In this document: positions 63,297-64,000 of the stretch, one piece after another
Layout of the letters: every line of letters starts with the position of its first letter
Numbering within the stretch: the first letter of the stretch is position 1
Assembly (NCBI GenBank): GCA_035995205.1
Contig: DASYKS010000041.1
Span: 173,671-237,670, forward strand
Length of the DNA: 64,000 bases
Origin: Thermoanaerobaculia bacterium
GTDB taxonomy: Bacteria > Acidobacteriota > Thermoanaerobaculia > Multivoradales > UBA5704
Direction: 5' to 3'
Made by a program: the position numbers and the translations under genes
Notes under the pieces: generated by a model
The model's input: only the letters and a program-made list of their open reading frames with translations
Databases searched by the model: none
What the model was told of the DNA's origin: nothing

Positions 63297-64000
63297 TCAA
63301 CCGGCCTCCGGTCGAAAGGGCACCAGGGGATTCCAGCGGGCACGACGGAGGTAGCGGGCGAGAGACCGAACCCGGGCGTCGGTTGCATCGCCCGCCGCCA
63401 GCTCGGCGATTCCGATATCGAGAGCGGCACGAAGGTCGGCATGAAGGTCCAGCCGGCCGATCGCGGTTTTCATCTCCGCCAGCCGTTCGGGTGGTGCGAG
63501 GGGAAGCCCGGCAGCGAGCATTGCGCCCACTTCGTCGAGATTTGCGAGCAAGGCCTCCCAAGGCGGGCCGTCGGCTACCGCTTTGCGCACTTCGACCAAG
63601 CGCGCCAACGCTTCGTCGAAGCGTCCCACCGCGGCGAGCGATCGCCCGAGCTCGGCAAGCAGCGCCAAGCGGTGGCGGGGAACTTCGACCGCCGCGATCT
63701 TGCGGCGCGCGCGTTCGAGCGCCCAGTGGGTTCGCAGGGGCTCGGCCAAGCCGTCGTAGGCGGCGGCCAGGCCGAGCCAGAGAGCTGCGGCGGCTTGAGG
63801 GTCGGCTTCCCCGGCGAACCGTTGCTCCGCTTCGACCAGGCGACGGCGGGCGAGGTGCGGATCTCCCCCGGCGGCGGCGAGGCGCCCCGCAAGGAGTAGA
63901 AGATGGGCGATCTGCAAGGACTGTTCGAAGGGACGGAGCAGCTCGACCGCCCGATCGTAGAGAGCAAGCGCCTCGTCGTATCGCCCGAGCTGCTCGTAGC
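63297..64000 (-). CDS. TPR-like repeat protein, partial (N-terminus beyond the window end)
   Basis: Ala/Leu-rich helical repeats (…LAELGRSLAAVGRFDEALARLVEVRKA…). The frame is open to position 64000 with no start in the window. Confidence 0.5.
   Translation of the reverse strand, partial: YEQLGRYDEALALYDRAVELLRPFEQSLQIAHLLLLAGRLAAAGGDPHLARRRLVEAEQRFAGEADPQAAAALWLGLAAAYDGLAEPLRTHWALERARRKIAAVEVPRHRLALLAELGRSLAAVGRFDEALARLVEVRKAVADGPPWEALLANLDEVGAMLAAGLPLAPPERLAEMKTAIGRLDLHADLRAALDIGIAELAAGDATDARVRSLARYLRRARWNPLVPFRPEAG

Overview
This 64-kb window is a high-GC (about 65-70%) chromosomal segment. It is probably from an Acidobacteriota-type genome. The taxon call rests on an ADOP-type duplicated FtsX permease next to a PadR regulator, TonB receptors with a CarboxypepD_reg-like N-terminus, and many secreted hydrolases. 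Coding is dense on both strands. Because of the GC content, the six-frame track is full of long Arg/Pro-rich ORFs antisense to real genes, and I rejected those. The window contains four type II toxin-antitoxin pairs (three PIN/VapC pairs and one BrnT/BrnA). Housekeeping and enzyme genes include ffh, cspA, HMG-CoA reductase, a Sir2 deacylase, pirin, a peroxiredoxin, M19, S10 and S66 peptidases, WS/DGAT, an SDR and ExbD. Regulatory and signalling genes include a LytS/LytTR two-component pair, an AraC regulator, a PP2C phosphatase, a PrsW protease and a Uma2 endonuclease. The most notable locus is a tightly overlapping four-gene operon on the minus strand (about 29.3-33.1 kb). It encodes a His-Xaa-Ser repeat protein (…SGHGSHSSHSSHSSHASHYS…), a small protein of about 118 aa, and two radical-SAM enzymes (CxxxCxxC, one with a C-terminal SPASM-like Cys cluster). 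This is the organisation of the bioinformatically defined but functionally uncharacterised His-Xaa-Ser (HxsA/D/B/C) system. Immediately downstream of it lies a phased array of about 15 copies of a 21-bp palindromic unit (TGCACnnGTGCA…). A second array of about 14 hairpin-forming 42-bp units lies after the Uma2 gene. The window also has a perfect 32-bp-stem palindrome, two AT-rich repeat-bearing intergenic islands, and a frameshifted B3 metallo-beta-lactamase-like gene. Three otherwise unrelated secreted proteins share an extreme C-terminal motif, P-[VA]-E-L-[MI]-x-F-x-[VI]-[EN]. A partial CHAT (caspase-like) protease gene lies near a lower-GC 40-aa-repeat TPR protein in an accessory region rich in toxin-antitoxin modules. 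No rRNA, tRNA, CRISPR or obvious transposase was seen.
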